Assembly: GCA_963828165.1 (NCBI GenBank)
Contig: CAWHDR010000001.1
Coordinates: 1,280,001 to 1,344,000, forward strand
Origin: an uncultured Chloroflexia bacterium
GTDB lineage: Bacteria > Chloroflexota > Limnocylindria > Limnocylindrales > CSP1-4
Direction of reading: 5' to 3'
Length of the DNA stretch: 64,000 bases
Numbering within the stretch: position 1 is the stretch's first letter; each line of letters opens with the position of its first letter. The notes beneath the pieces were generated by a model. That model was given only the letters and a program-made list of their open reading frames with translations, made no database searches and was not told where the DNA came from. A program made the translations under genes and the position numbers. Shown here piece by piece: positions 11,001-26,058 of the stretch.

Positions 11001-11920
11001 CGGAGCTCGTCGCCACGGCGCCCGCTCCCGAGTTCCCGATCCGCCTGATCGCGCTGGACATCGACGGGACCTTGATCGGCGACGAACACGAGATCGGCCC
11101 TCGAACGGTGGCGGCGGTCCGAGCGGCCATGCAGCGCGACGTCGCGGTCTCGCTGATCACCGGCCGGATGGTGTCGTCGGCGCTGCGGTTCGCCCGGGAG
11201 CTGGACCTGACCGGACCGCTGGTCGGCTACCAGGGCGGTCTGATCCGGGCGATGCCCGATCCCGGATCGCGCCGGCTCGGAAAGCTGCTCCTGCACACGC
11301 CGCTCCAGCCCGATATCGCCCGGGAGATCATCGCGTGGACGCGCGACCATGGGATGGACCCGCACGTCAATCACCTCGAGCGGTTCATCCTGCGAGCGGA
11401 CGATCCGCGCGCCGACGACTACTCGGCGTTCATGGGCGCCAAGGCCGAGCTCGTGACCGACCTGCTGACCGCGATCGACCATCCAGTCACGAAGGTATTG
11501 GCCGTCGGGGAGCCACCGATCCCGATCGAGGTCGCCCCCGTCGCCCGCGGGCACTTCGCCGGGCGGGCCGACGTGACGATCTCGCACCCCCGGTTCCTGG
11601 AATTCGTGGCGCCAGGCGTCTCGAAGGGCCGCGCCGTGCGTTGGCTCGCCAGGCGACTGCGCATCCCGCTCGGGGCGACCCTGGCAATCGGCGATCAATG
11701 GAACGACCTCGAGATGCTTGCCGAGGTCGGACATGGCGCAGCGATGCCGACGGCGCCCGCGGGTGTGCGCGCGGCGGCGCGCTACGTCGCGCCCCCGCTC
11801 GAGGACGAGGGCGCGGCGCAGGTCATCGAGCAGCTGGTCCTCGCGGACCCAGCCGACGTGCTTGCGGCGTCGCAGCGGCTGGCTGCCGAGGCCGGGGAGC
11901 GGCGGAGGCGATCCGCGTGA
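10997..11920 (+). CDS. Cof-type HAD-IIB hydrolase
   Basis: DIDGTL, TGR, SKG, GDQWNDLEML. Confidence 0.92.
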   Translation: MTELVATAPAPEFPIRLIALDIDGTLIGDEHEIGPRTVAAVRAAMQRDVAVSLITGRMVSSALRFARELDLTGPLVGYQGGLIRAMPDPGSRRLGKLLLHTPLQPDIAREIIAWTRDHGMDPHVNHLERFILRADDPRADDYSAFMGAKAELVTDLLTAIDHPVTKVLAVGEPPIPIEVAPVARGHFAGRADVTISHPRFLEFVAPGVSKGRAVRWLARRLRIPLGATLAIGDQWNDLEMLAEVGHGAAMPTAPAGVRAAARYVAPPLEDEGAAQVIEQLVLADPADVLAASQRLAAEAGERRRRSA

Positions 11921-12564
11921 CAGCGCGGGTCGTCGCGGACGATGCAGAGGGTCGTGCCGTCGCTGTGGGCGTCCTGCGTGAAGGCGGCGTCGTCGCCATT
12001 CCCACCGACACGGTCTATGGCATCGCCGTCTCCCTGGCCACGCCGGGCGGGATCGAGCGGCTCTACCGCGTCAAGGAGCGTCCGCCGGACAAGGCCGTGA
12101 TGTTGCTGCTCGACGACGTGTCGCAGGCGGCCCGGGCCGGGCGCATCACGCCGGCGGCGGCCGTCCTTGCCGCCGCGTTCTGGCCGGGTGGCCTGACGCT
12201 CATCGTCCCGCAACGCCCCGACGTCCCGTGGCCCGCCGTCCTGACGGGCGGGAGCGCCACGATCGGCCTGCGCGTGCCCGACCACGACGCCCCGCGGACA
12301 CTCGCCCGCAGCGTGGGACCGCTGCCCACGACGTCGGCAAACCGCTCGGGCGTCCCGGAGGCGACCGACGCTGCGGGCATCGTCGCGCAGCTCGGCGAAG
12401 CGATCGACCTCGTGCTCGATGGTGGCCCGGCCCGGGGCGGACTCGCATCGACGATCGTCGACTGCTCGGGGGCGCGGCCGACGATCGTCCGGGCCGGCGC
12501 GATCCCGCCGGAATCGGTCGCCGAGGTCCTCGCCCGCGCCGGCATCGACCTCGCCGTGGGGTGA
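11917..12564 (+). CDS. tsaC: L-threonylcarbamoyladenylate synthase (Sua5/TsaC)
   Basis: [30 protein letters not shown]; GTGA overlap. Confidence 0.93.
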   Translation: MTARVVADDAEGRAVAVGVLREGGVVAIPTDTVYGIAVSLATPGGIERLYRVKERPPDKAVMLLLDDVSQAARAGRITPAAAVLAAAFWPGGLTLIVPQRPDVPWPAVLTGGSATIGLRVPDHDAPRTLARSVGPLPTTSANRSGVPEATDAAGIVAQLGEAIDLVLDGGPARGGLASTIVDCSGARPTIVRAGAIPPESVAEVLARAGIDLAVG

Positions 12565-12653
12565 CTCGTTCGTGGGAAGATAGGCCGCGAGCGTGCCGGC
12601 GAGGGGAGCGTCGATACGGGGCGCACGTCCGGGCAGGGAAGGAGTCGGCTGTC

Positions 12654-13982
12654 ATGACCATCTCCGAGACGCGCGGGCTCGGGCTCGAGTCGATCGCTGA
12701 CGTGGATCCTGTGCTGTGGGAGGCGATGCAGGGCGAGCGCCGCCGCCAGCACGACAACATCGAGCTCATCGCGAGTGAGAACTACGTGTCCGCTGCGGTC
12801 ATGGAAGCCCAGGGCAGCTGGCTGACCAACAAGTACGCGGAGGGCCTGCCCGGAAAGCGCTATTACGGCGGCTGCGAATTCGTCGACGTCGCCGAGCAGC
12901 TGGCGCAGGAACGGGCCCTCGCGCTCTATCCCGGGTCCGAGCACGTCAACGTCCAGCCGCACTCAGGTGCGCAGGCGAACATGGCCGCCTACTTCAGCGT
13001 CCTCCGTCCCGGCGACCGCATCCTGGGCATGAACCTGGCCCACGGCGGTCACCTGACGCACGGCATGGCCCTCAATTTCAGCGGCAAGCTGTACGAGGTC
13101 TCGGCCTACGGGGTGCGGCAGGACACCGAGCTGATCGACTACGACGCGCTCGAGGTGACGGCCAAGGAAGCACGTCCCAAGCTCATCGTGGCCGGCGCCA
13201 GCGCCTACCCCCGCCTGTGGGATTTCGAGCGGATGGCTGCCATCGCCCACGGCGTCGGAGCGCTGCTGTTCGTCGACATGGCCCATGTCGCGGGACTCGT
13301 CGCCGCCGGGGTGCACCCGAGTCCCTTCCCGCACGCCGACATCGTGACGACGACGACCCACAAGACCCTGCGTGGACCACGCGGCGGTCTGATCTTCGCC
13401 CGACATGAGCTCCCCGAGGGGATCGATCCGGCCGACTTCCCGGCGCTCAAGGGCTCGCTCGGTGCGGCGGTGGACAAGACCGTCTTCCCGGGCGTGCAGG
13501 GCGGACCGTTGATGCATGTGATCGCCGGCAAGGCGGTCGCGCTCAAGCTGGCGGCCGAAGAGCCGTTCCGGGAGGCCCAGCGGCGCACGGTCAGCAACGC
13601 CGCGGTCCTGGCGCAGACGCTTGCCGATCAGGGTGCCCGGGTCGTCTCGGGTGGGACGGACAATCACCTGATGCTCGTCGACGTGACCCCCTTGGGCGTG
13701 ACCGGCAAGGAAGCCGAGCACCTGCTCGACGAGATCGGGATCACGGTCAACAAGAACGGCATCCCGTTCGACCCGCTGCCGCCCAACACGGCGTCGGGCA
13801 TCCGTCTGGGCACGCCGGCCACGACGTCTCGTGGCTTCGGCGAAGACGAGATGCGTGCCGTCGGTAGGATCATCATCGAAGCGATCACCGCCCGTGACGA
13901 CGACGCCGTCCAGCGCCGGCTGGCCTCGGAGGTGGCCGGGATCGTGGCGCGCTTCCCGGTCCCGGGGCTGCCGGCCGCGTGA
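12654..13982 (+). CDS. glyA: serine hydroxymethyltransferase
   Basis: [33 protein letters not shown]. Confidence 0.98.
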   Translation: MTISETRGLGLESIADVDPVLWEAMQGERRRQHDNIELIASENYVSAAVMEAQGSWLTNKYAEGLPGKRYYGGCEFVDVAEQLAQERALALYPGSEHVNVQPHSGAQANMAAYFSVLRPGDRILGMNLAHGGHLTHGMALNFSGKLYEVSAYGVRQDTELIDYDALEVTAKEARPKLIVAGASAYPRLWDFERMAAIAHGVGALLFVDMAHVAGLVAAGVHPSPFPHADIVTTTTHKTLRGPRGGLIFARHELPEGIDPADFPALKGSLGAAVDKTVFPGVQGGPLMHVIAGKAVALKLAAEEPFREAQRRTVSNAAVLAQTLADQGARVVSGGTDNHLMLVDVTPLGVTGKEAEHLLDEIGITVNKNGIPFDPLPPNTASGIRLGTPATTSRGFGEDEMRAVGRIIIEAITARDDDAVQRRLASEVAGIVARFPVPGLPAA

Positions 13983-15181
13983 TCACGGCCGCGACACGGG
14001 ACGGCGTACGGTTCATCGAGGAGGTCGGGTCCAGCATCGGTCCGATCCTGGCGGTATTCGCCGTCGCCGCGCTCCTCGCGGCGATCCTGACGCCGCTCAT
14101 CCGGCGGGTCGTGCTGCGACACCGGATCGTCGACCGCCCCAACGCCCGCCGGGTGAACACGCGTCCCATCCCGCGTGCCGGCGGCCTGGCGATCGCGGCC
14201 GCGTTCCTGATCGTGGCCGGCGGGTTCGTGCTGCTCAACCAGCGCGCCGGCTGGGTCCCGACGCCGTTGAACCTCGGATCCTCGGATTTCCTCGCGCTGT
14301 TCCTGGGTGGCGCGGCCGCCGCGGCGCTCGGCGGCGTCGACGACCTGTTCAACCTCCGCGCTCGCTGGCAGCTGGCGGGTCAGGTCGGGCTGGCGCTCCT
14401 CGCAGTGGCCCTTGGGATCGGGATCACCGTGATCAACAACCCGTTCGCCGACGCGCCGATGCGGTTCATCGAGCCCTTTTCGGTGGGGTTCACGGTCTTC
14501 TGGATCGTCGGCATGATGAACAGCATCAACTGGATCGACGGGCTCGACGGCCTGTCCACCGGGATCGCGCTGATCGCCTGCGTGACCCTCGGGCTCATCA
14601 GCCTCACGACGCAGGTCAGCCAGCCGCTCATCGCCGTCCTGTGTTTCGCCCTCGCCGGAGCTCTGGCGGGCTTCCTGCGCTGGAACTTCCATCCGGCCAA
14701 GATCTTCAGCGGAACCAGCGGCGTCCAATTCGTGGGCTACACGCTCGCGGTGCTGTCGATCCTCGGTTCGGCCAAAGTGGCGGTGGCGCTGCTCGTGCTC
14801 GGCGTCCCGATCATCGACACGTTCTGGATCATCGTCGGGCGCGTGAGCCGGGGCGCCTCGCCGTTCGCGCCGGATCGATCGCACATCCATCACCGGCTGC
14901 TCGATTTCGGCTTGTCCCACCGCAACACGGTGCTCGCGATCTACGGGATCTGCGCCGCGCTCGGGGTCCTCGCGCTGCTCGTTTCGGAAGTCACGACGCT
15001 GTACGCATTCCTCGGCGTGTTCATCGTGTCGGGGTTGATCCTCTTCGCACCGACACGTGGCGCCTTCCGCCGGCCCGAGGAGCTCGAAGCCGAGGCGTAT
15101 GAGACGCCCGAACGAGACGCGACCCCCGAACGAGACGCGACCCCCGAACGAGGTGAGACCCCCGAACGAGGTGACCTCTAG
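13979..15181 (+). CDS. MraY-family polyprenyl-phosphate N-acetylhexosamine-1-P transferase (WecA/TagO-like)
   Basis: [34 protein letters not shown]. Confidence 0.9.
   Translation: MITAATRDGVRFIEEVGSSIGPILAVFAVAALLAAILTPLIRRVVLRHRIVDRPNARRVNTRPIPRAGGLAIAAAFLIVAGGFVLLNQRAGWVPTPLNLGSSDFLALFLGGAAAAALGGVDDLFNLRARWQLAGQVGLALLAVALGIGITVINNPFADAPMRFIEPFSVGFTVFWIVGMMNSINWIDGLDGLSTGIALIACVTLGLISLTTQVSQPLIAVLCFALAGALAGFLRWNFHPAKIFSGTSGVQFVGYTLAVLSILGSAKVAVALLVLGVPIIDTFWIIVGRVSRGASPFAPDRSHIHHRLLDFGLSHRNTVLAIYGICAALGVLALLVSEVTTLYAFLGVFIVSGLILFAPTRGAFRRPEELEAEAYETPERDATPERDATPERGETPERGDL
15101..15172 (+). repeat. 4 x 18-bp tandem repeat encoding (E/A)TPER(D/G) at the WecA C-terminus
   Basis: gagacgcccgaacgagac gcgacccccgaacgagac gcgacccccgaacgaggt gagacccccgaacgaggt. 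Confidence 0.9.
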
Positions 15182-15228
15182 AGAGGGCCATTTTCGCCGC
15201 TGGGGCGGGTGCTAGCATCGCCGCCACC

Positions 15229-16095
15229 ATGGACCTGCCGATCCTCCTGGTCATCGCGGCGCTCGCCGTTCTGGCCGCGCTCGCCGTCTTCGTCCGGACC
15301 GATGGGACGTCCCAGGCGCATCGGCGCAACGTCCTCGAGGGTGCGGCGGGCATTCTCGATTCCTCGATCGCGATGTACCTGGTCCGTAAGGCGCTGGGGC
15401 GTCCGACGTCGACCAGGGCCGAGCGGGCCGCCGAGCGTGCTCGCCTCGCCGTCCTCGCCGAGATGGATCGCCGGCAAGCGGGCGCAACCGGGCCGGCCGC
15501 CGTGGCGCCGACGCGGCTCGTGGTCGCCGGTACCGCGGCGTCGCACTCGCCCCGCGACCTGCCGGATCGCCAGGCCCATCCGGTCGCCGCCGGCCCCGTG
15601 GTTCCGTCGTGGGCCGGACGTCCGACCCTGCCGCGCGAGGGCGTGGTCGCGCTCGCGGGTCTGGTCGTCGTGATGGTCGCGGCGTTCGCGATCTGGCCCC
15701 GAAATGCCGGCGGAGTGTTGTCGGCCACGGGTACGCCCGGGGAATCCAGCCCAGTGAACGCGGTGTCGCCTTCGACACCGATCTCCTCCCCGAGGCTGAC
15801 CGTGGAGCCGACGGCCACCGCCACCGCCACGCCGTCCCCGATGCCTACGCCCGAGCCGAGTCCGACGCCGACCCCGACCGCCACGCCCCGGCCCACGGCC
15901 CGCCCCACGCCTCGTCCGACGGCACGCCCGACGGCCAGGCCGACCGCGACTCCCACGCCGACCCCGGAGCCCACGCCCGAACCGACGCCGACGCCGACGC
16001 CCACGCCGACCCCTGCGCCCACGCCCGAACCGACACCGGCGCCAACGCCGACCCCCACGCCAGAGCTCAGCGTGTCACCGTCGTCAGCGCCCTGA
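15229..16095 (+). CDS. hypothetical membrane protein with Pro/Thr-rich mucin-like tail
   Basis: Two hydrophobic segments, then a PT/PE/PR repeat tail of about 90 aa; extended -10 (TGcTAGCAT) just upstream. Confidence 0.7.
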   Translation: MDLPILLVIAALAVLAALAVFVRTDGTSQAHRRNVLEGAAGILDSSIAMYLVRKALGRPTSTRAERAAERARLAVLAEMDRRQAGATGPAAVAPTRLVVAGTAASHSPRDLPDRQAHPVAAGPVVPSWAGRPTLPREGVVALAGLVVVMVAAFAIWPRNAGGVLSATGTPGESSPVNAVSPSTPISSPRLTVEPTATATATPSPMPTPEPSPTPTPTATPRPTARPTPRPTARPTARPTATPTPTPEPTPEPTPTPTPTPTPAPTPEPTPAPTPTPTPELSVSPSSAP

Positions 16096-16142
16096 GCACC
16101 CCGGCCACGTCCGCGTGCCGGTGGCGGCCTCGCGCGCGCAGC

Positions 16143-16151
16143 TGCTACACT
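16143..16151 (+). promoter_or_regulatory. extended -10 promoter element for the atp operon
   Basis: TGcTACACT ending 23 nt before the first atp gene. Confidence 0.5.
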
Positions 16152-16174
16152 TCCGCTGCCTTGACAGGTCGCCC

Positions 16175-16396
16175 ATGATCGAGCCCGGCCGAGGGTTGGC
16201 TTATCTCGCCCTCTTCTCGGAGATCGGTCTCAGCCTCCTGGTGACGACCCTGATCGGCGTGCTTGCCGGCTACTGGGTCGACGGGCAACTCGGGACCCTC
16301 CCGATCTTTCTGATCATCGGCTTCTTCATCGGCGCCGGAGCCGGGACGTTGATGATCTACCGACTGGTCAGCAGGTTCCTCAAGACGATCGAATAG
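16175..16396 (+). CDS. AtpZ/AtpI (ATP synthase gene 1) family protein
   Basis: Two TM segments, [14 protein letters not shown]; first gene of the atp operon. Confidence 0.85.
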   Translation: MIEPGRGLAYLALFSEIGLSLLVTTLIGVLAGYWVDGQLGTLPIFLIIGFFIGAGAGTLMIYRLVSRFLKTIE

Positions 16397-16463
16397 CCGG
16401 CCGATGCGGCTGGACGACGGAACGAGCGCGGCGACAGGCCGCGCTCCTGTGTGTGGAGGCAGC

Positions 16464-17501
16464 GTGTCGAGCGAGCAGGCCGCGACCGACCCGGTCGCGG
16501 AGCCGTCCGGAACGGCGCCGGCGCCCGAAGCGAAGTCGGGCCGCGGGCTGTCCTCCCGATGGTTCCTCCTGATCGGCGCCGTGATCGTCGTCGACATCCT
16601 TGCCTTCATGCTGTTCCCGCCGTTCCCGAAGGGTGGCGTCCCCGGCGAAGCCTGTTCGTTTCCCGTCTGCTTCATCGAGAGCACTTTGCACTTCCCGGCC
16701 CCGCACACGGTCATCGGCGCGCACCCGCCGGAGGGACTCGTCGTGTTCTCGCCCGGCATCAGCGACACCATCGTGACGATGTGGATCGTGATGGCGATCG
16801 TCCTCGGCGGGGCCATCCTCATGACCCGCGGCGGGAAGCTCGTGCCCGGGCGGGCGCAGAACATCTTCGAGGCGGTCTACGAAGGCCTGAGCGACTTCGG
16901 GGTCGGACTGGCTGGGCCCGCGGCTCGGCCATACATCCCGATCTTTGCCGCCTTCTTCCTGCTGATCCTGTTCAACAACTGGGTCGGCCTCGTGCCGTTC
17001 GTCGGCAGGGTCGATTTCCTGCGAGCGCCCTCCAGCGACGTGAACATCACCATCGGGCTGGCCCTGATCAGCTTCCTCATCTTCCACATCGAGGGCTTCC
17101 GTCACCTCGGTGCGGGCGGGTACCTCGGGAAGTTCTTCCCGATCTACGAGTTCAAGCACGGCATCGGCGCCGGGATCATCGCCATGTTCGTCGGCCTGAT
17201 CGAGCTCATGCTCGAGTTCGTGAAGCCGGTGACACTGTCGATGCGGTTGTTCGGCAATATCTACGGCGGCGAGGTCGCGCTCGGCGTGATCACCTCGCTG
17301 ACGATCGCGATCATCCCCGTGGGATTGATCGGACTGGAACTGATGCTCAACGCGATCCAGGCCCTCATCTTCAGTGTCCTGACCCTCATGTTCATCGTGC
17401 TCGCGATCGAGAGTCACCATGGGGAGGAAGGCCAGGTCGCCGAGGAAGCGCTCGACGCCGTCGATGGCCGGGAGCCATCCGGGCTACAGCCCGCTCACTG
17501 A
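16464..17501 (+). CDS. atpB: F0 subunit a
   Basis: KPVTLSMRLFGN, IQALIF; GGAGG RBS before GTG. Confidence 0.95.
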   Translation: MSSEQAATDPVAEPSGTAPAPEAKSGRGLSSRWFLLIGAVIVVDILAFMLFPPFPKGGVPGEACSFPVCFIESTLHFPAPHTVIGAHPPEGLVVFSPGISDTIVTMWIVMAIVLGGAILMTRGGKLVPGRAQNIFEAVYEGLSDFGVGLAGPAARPYIPIFAAFFLLILFNNWVGLVPFVGRVDFLRAPSSDVNITIGLALISFLIFHIEGFRHLGAGGYLGKFFPIYEFKHGIGAGIIAMFVGLIELMLEFVKPVTLSMRLFGNIYGGEVALGVITSLTIAIIPVGLIGLELMLNAIQALIFSVLTLMFIVLAIESHHGEEGQVAEEALDAVDGREPSGLQPAH

Positions 17502-17580
17502 CGCGCCGACACACGGCGCAACCAACCACGGTCCAATGAACCCGAGCGGACCGCTCGGGGAGTAGGAGGAACTGAACGAC

Positions 17581-17799
17581 ATGGAGTACATCGGCGCCGG
17601 ACTCGCTGCTCTCGGGGTGCTCGGCCCCGGCATCGGCATCGGCATCCTCGGCGGCCTGTCGGCCACGGCCATCGGTCGTAACCCCGACGCGGCCGGACAG
17701 ATCCGCGGTATCGCGATCATCCTCGCGGCCTTCGCCGAGGGCCTCGGCGTCCTCGCGATCGTCGTCGGCCTGCTCGCGATCTTCATCCAGCCCGCGTAG
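17581..17799 (+). CDS. atpE: F0 subunit c (H+-type, no Na+ signature)
   Basis: GxGxGxG helix, RNP loop, FAEGL carboxylate. Confidence 0.96.
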   Translation: MEYIGAGLAALGVLGPGIGIGILGGLSATAIGRNPDAAGQIRGIAIILAAFAEGLGVLAIVVGLLAIFIQPA

Positions 17800-17824
17800 T
17801 CGTCCCGGCACGGAGTAGGCAATC

Positions 17825-18397
17825 GTGGACATCCTGTCCGTCACGTCCGAGATCGGGCGTGAGGTCGTCCGCCTGACGACCGAGGCGGAAACCGGGCCGC
17901 TCTTCCAGGTGAACCTGTTCCAGGTCATCATCGCCGCGGCGAACTTCCTGCTGTTCCTCGCGATCATCTGGACGTTCGCGTTCAAGCCCGTCTCGAGGAT
18001 GCTCGCGGACCGCAAGGAGCGGATCGAGCAGGGCCTCAAGGACGCCGAGCAAGCCAGGAGCGATCGCGAGAACGCGGAGGCGGAGCGCGTCGCGACACTG
18101 GCGGAGGCGCGTCGCGAGTCGAACGAGATCCTGGCCCGCGCCCAGAAGGTCGCCCAGGAGACCCGTGACGCGGACATCGCCGCAACGAAGGAAGAGCTCG
18201 AGCGGCTGCGTGCCCGCGCTGCCGCCGACATCGAGGCGGAGAAGGTCCGGGCGATCACGGAAGTCCGTGCCGAGGTCGCCGACCTGGCCCTTCGGGCCGC
18301 CAGTAGCGTCGTCGGCGAGACGATGACCAGCGAACGGGAGCGTCGACTCGTCGATGAATTCCTGCGCAGCACGCCCACCGGTGGGTCGAACAACTGA
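17825..18397 (+). CDS. atpF: F0 subunit b
   Basis: Single TM (NFLLFL...KPV) followed by a coiled coil. Confidence 0.94.
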   Translation: MDILSVTSEIGREVVRLTTEAETGPLFQVNLFQVIIAAANFLLFLAIIWTFAFKPVSRMLADRKERIEQGLKDAEQARSDRENAEAERVATLAEARRESNEILARAQKVAQETRDADIAATKEELERLRARAAADIEAEKVRAITEVRAEVADLALRAASSVVGETMTSERERRLVDEFLRSTPTGGSNN

Positions 18398-18942
18398 TGG
18401 CACGTCGCAAGCCGGGCGCCCGCCGCTACGCCGAAGCCGCCTTCGAGGTGGCCCAGCGTGACGACACGATCGACGCCTGGCGCCGCGAGCTGGACAGTGC
18501 CGCCGCGATCGTCGCGGAGGAGCGGATCGGCCGTGCCCTCGCCAACCCGGCGATCCCCCTCGAGACACGGATCGCCACGGCGGGGGCGACGTTCGGCCCG
18601 ATGGTCGGGGCCAAGGTCCTCAACCTGATCGGCCTGATGCTCCGGCGCGGCCGGATCCAGGAGCTCCCGCGCCTCGCGGCGGAGTTCCGCCGCCTCGACG
18701 ACGAGCGCCGGGGGATCGCCCGCGCCACCGTCACCAGCACCCTGCCTCTCGAGCCCGACGAGGTGTCGGCGCTCAAGGAACGGCTCGCCGGTTCCACGGA
18801 CCGTCGCGTCGAGCTCGACCTCAAGGTCGATCCCAGCCTGTTGGGCGGACTCGTGGTTCGGCTCGGCGACCGTCTGGTCGACGGAAGCGTGCGAAGCCGC
18901 CTCGAGCGCCTGCGCAATCACCTCGTTTCGGGCGCCCTCTAG
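18397..18942 (+). CDS. atpH: F1 subunit delta
   Basis: [15 protein letters not shown]...DGSV. Confidence 0.95.
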   Translation: MARRKPGARRYAEAAFEVAQRDDTIDAWRRELDSAAAIVAEERIGRALANPAIPLETRIATAGATFGPMVGAKVLNLIGLMLRRGRIQELPRLAAEFRRLDDERRGIARATVTSTLPLEPDEVSALKERLAGSTDRRVELDLKVDPSLLGGLVVRLGDRLVDGSVRSRLERLRNHLVSGAL

Positions 18943-18956
18943 GAGATCTGAGACCC

Positions 18957-20660
<1,704 letters not shown>

Positions 20661-20837
20661 CGACTGCGGCCGGCCGCACTGGCGGTCCAGGGCAAGGCGG
20701 AGCCGAGCACGTGAGCGAGCGCACCCTGTTGGGTCTGCCCGCTCGGAGGGTCGAGGCGACGCTCCTGCGCGCCATCGACCCGAGGATGGCGACAACGCCG
20801 CCATGGGCCGATCAGGGTGGTCGCCAGAGATCAAGGC

Positions 20838-23134
<2,297 letters not shown>

Positions 23135-23145
23135 GGGGCGTGATG

Positions 23146-23237
23146 GCGGGTCCTGTCACCGGGCGCCGCCCGGCCTCCGGTCGCTCCGGCGCCACGCCTA
23201 ACGCTCCCTCCGCCGGACGCCGCCCGGTGCCACCCGC
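23146..23237. repeat. 92-nt structured intergenic repeat, copy 1 (atpD-atpC)
   Basis: 73/92 identical to 26059-26150 by ungapped manual alignment; self-complementary ends GCGGGT...ACCCGC. Confidence 0.85.
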
Positions 23238-23267
23238 TCGCCGGCCTCCGGCCCGGAGCGCGGTCTG

Positions 23268-23696
23268 ATGGCCATCCTGCTCGAGATCGTCACCCCGGAG
23301 CGTTTGGCCTACTCCGACGAGGTCGATTCCGTGGTGCTTCCCGGGTCCGAAGGGGAGATGGGTGTCCTGCCGCACCATGCGCCGCTCGTGTCGACGCTCG
23401 GGATCGGGGAGCTCCGGATCCGAAAGGGTGGGACCGAGGAGTCGTTCGCGATCGTCGGCGGGTTCGTTCAGGTTCGACCGGACAAGGTCGTCGTGATGGC
23501 GGAGACCGCCGACATGGCCAGCGAGATCGATCTCGAGAAGGCGCAGGAAGCCCGACGCGAGGCGGAGCGCGCGCTCGAATCGGGCTACCACGAAGCCGCC
23601 GACATGGCCGCAGCGCGGGCCGCCCTGCAGCAGGCGCTCCTGCGGATCCGTGTCGCCGAGCGACGCCACCGGGAGGGCCCGCGGCGCCGCGGGTAA
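23268..23696 (+). CDS. atpC: F1 subunit epsilon
   Basis: LEIVTPER, GEMGVLPHHAPL, GGFVQV. Confidence 0.96.
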   Translation: MAILLEIVTPERLAYSDEVDSVVLPGSEGEMGVLPHHAPLVSTLGIGELRIRKGGTEESFAIVGGFVQVRPDKVVVMAETADMASEIDLEKAQEARREAERALESGYHEAADMAAARAALQQALLRIRVAERRHREGPRRRG

Positions 23697-23699
23697 CCA

Positions 23700-25046
23700 G
23701 TGGCGGACGCAAGACCGTTCCACTGGGAGTACGTCCCGGAACCGGTCCAGCAGGAATTCTTCCGTATCGAGGGCGGTAAGCCCCTATCCGGGAGCGTCGC
23801 GATCAGTGGGGCGAAGAACGCCGCCCTCAAGATGCTCGCTGCGGCCACGCTGACCGGCGAGCGTTGCCGGTTCACGAACGTCCCGGAGATCGAGGACGTC
23901 CGCGTCATGGCCCAGACCCTGACGGAGCTGGGGGTCGTCGTCGAACAGCCCGAACCGAATGTGTACGAGGTCGCGGCCGGCGACGTCGAATGGCAGTTCG
24001 TGCCCCTCGAGGCGGCGGCCAAGATGCGCGCCTCATTCATGCTGCTCGGCCCGCTGCTGGCCCGCTGCGGCCGGGTCATCATCAGCAACCCGGGCGGCGA
24101 TCGGATCGGGCGGCGACCCGTCAACCTCCACGTCGAGGCGATGCGCACGCTCGGTGCCCAGATCGAGTACCGCAACGGCTACTACTTCGCCACGGCTCCC
24201 GGGCGGCTGCGTGGGGCGGAGATCCGCTTCCCGTTCGTGTCCGTCATGGGCACCGAGAATGCGATGCTCGCGGCCACCCTGGCCGACGGCCACACGGTCC
24301 TGCGACCCGCCGCCCAGGAGCCCGAGGTCGACGATCTGATCGCGTGCCTCCAGAAGATGGGCGCCGAGGTCGAGCGGACGTACCCAGACACCATCGAGAT
24401 CGAGGGCAAGAAGCGGCTGCGCGGCGCGGAGCACCGGGTCATCCCCGACCGCATCGAGGCCGGCACGTTCGTCGTGGCCGGTGCCGTGACCGGGGGCAAG
24501 ATCACGTTGACCGGCGCCCCATGCGAACACCTCGGTGCGTTCGTCGAGACCATGGGTCGCGCCGGGGTCGGCGTCTCCTGTGGCAAGGACACCATCGAGG
24601 TCGACGGGAGCGCCCTCGAGGCCGGGGGCTTCACCGCCGTGGATATCGAGACCGCGGCGTACCCAGGCCTGGCCACGGATCTCCAGCCCCCGACCTCCGT
24701 GTTGCTCACCCAGGCGAAGGGCACGTCACACGTTCGCGAGACCATCTTCGAAGACCGTCTCGAGTGGATGAGCGAGCTGCGCCGGATGGGCGCATCGATC
24801 GACATCAAGGACAGCCACACCGCCGTGATCAAGGGTCGAAAGCGTCTGCACGGCGCCGACGTCGAGATCGGCGACCTGCGCGCCGGCGCTTCCCTGATCC
24901 TCGCCGCGCTGGCCGCGAACGGCACGACCACGATCCACGGTGCACACCACGTTCACCGGGGCTATGAGAACATCGAAGGCAAGTTCCTGGACCTCGGCGC
25001 CAGGATCGAGCGCCTGGCAGAAGGGAACGACGCGTCCAGCTCATGA
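23700..25046 (+). CDS. murA: UDP-N-acetylglucosamine 1-carboxyvinyltransferase (Asp at the Cys115 position)
   Basis: [47 protein letters not shown]. Confidence 0.96.
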   Translation: MADARPFHWEYVPEPVQQEFFRIEGGKPLSGSVAISGAKNAALKMLAAATLTGERCRFTNVPEIEDVRVMAQTLTELGVVVEQPEPNVYEVAAGDVEWQFVPLEAAAKMRASFMLLGPLLARCGRVIISNPGGDRIGRRPVNLHVEAMRTLGAQIEYRNGYYFATAPGRLRGAEIRFPFVSVMGTENAMLAATLADGHTVLRPAAQEPEVDDLIACLQKMGAEVERTYPDTIEIEGKKRLRGAEHRVIPDRIEAGTFVVAGAVTGGKITLTGAPCEHLGAFVETMGRAGVGVSCGKDTIEVDGSALEAGGFTAVDIETAAYPGLATDLQPPTSVLLTQAKGTSHVRETIFEDRLEWMSELRRMGASIDIKDSHTAVIKGRKRLHGADVEIGDLRAGASLILAALAANGTTTIHGAHHVHRGYENIEGKFLDLGARIERLAEGNDASSS

Positions 25047-26041
25047 AGATCGGCATCGACCTCGGCACCGCCAACGTCCTCGTCTACGTCAAGGGCAAGG
25101 GCATCGTGATCACGGAACCGTCCGTCGTGGCGGTATCGGACGACAACCGCATCGTCGCCGTCGGCGAGGAAGCGCGAGCGATGATCGGTCGCACGCCCGG
25201 CAACATCACGGCCATCCGGCCCATGAAGGACGGCGTGATCGCCGATTACGTCATCACCGAGGCGATGCTGCGGTTCTTCATCGCCAAGGCGACGAAGGGC
25301 CGGATCGGTCTGAACCGTCCCGAGGTCATGATCAGCGTGCCGGCCGGCGTCACGTCGGTCGAGAAGCGGGCCGTCCGCGACGCCGCGCTCAAGGCCGGGG
25401 CCAAGGAGGCCTACCTGATCGAGGAGCCGCTGGCGGCCGCCATCGGCGCCAACGTCCCGATCAGCGGCCCGTCGGGGAACATGATCATCGACATCGGCGG
25501 CGGGACGTCCGAGATCGCGGTCATCGCGCTGGGCGGCATCGTCGTCTCGCATTCGCTCCGAGTCGGGGGCAACAAGTTCGATGAGGCGATCGCGACCTAC
25601 ATCCGCAAGAAGTACAACCTCATGATCGGCGAGCGCACCGCCGAAGAGGTCAAGATGCAGATCGGGACCGCGCTCCCGCTCGAGCGCGAGCTCACGATGG
25701 AGGTTCGCGGCCGCGACCTCATCGCCGGGCTGCCGCGGACCATCCCGATCACCTCGTCCGAGGTCATGGAAGCCATCGAGGCGCCGCTTCAGCAGCTGGT
25801 CGCCGCGGTCCGGACCGTACTCGAGCAGACCCCGCCGGAGCTCTCGTCCGACATCATCGACAAGGGCATGGTCATGTCGGGCGGTGGCGCGCTGCTGCGC
25901 AACGTCGACAAGCTGCTCACGCAGGTCACGGGGGTGCCGTGTCACGTCGCCGAGAACTCGCTCGACTGCGTGGCCCTGGGGACGGGGCTGGCTCTCGAGC
26001 ACTTCGATTTCTTCAAGAAGTCCCTCGTCCAGACGATCTGA
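25043..26041 (+). CDS. mreB: rod shape-determining protein MreB/Mbl
   Basis: [36 protein letters not shown]. Confidence 0.95.
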   Translation: MKIGIDLGTANVLVYVKGKGIVITEPSVVAVSDDNRIVAVGEEARAMIGRTPGNITAIRPMKDGVIADYVITEAMLRFFIAKATKGRIGLNRPEVMISVPAGVTSVEKRAVRDAALKAGAKEAYLIEEPLAAAIGANVPISGPSGNMIIDIGGGTSEIAVIALGGIVVSHSLRVGGNKFDEAIATYIRKKYNLMIGERTAEEVKMQIGTALPLERELTMEVRGRDLIAGLPRTIPITSSEVMEAIEAPLQQLVAAVRTVLEQTPPELSSDIIDKGMVMSGGGALLRNVDKLLTQVTGVPCHVAENSLDCVALGTGLALEHFDFFKKSLVQTI

Positions 26042-26058
26042 TGGTGCGGGCCCTAGAC

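Noticed and set aside
17581-17799. Na+-coupled ATP synthase (a cation antiporter is nearby)
   Set aside because: The c subunit lacks the Gln and the Glu-Ser/Thr Na+-binding signature (reads FAEGL).
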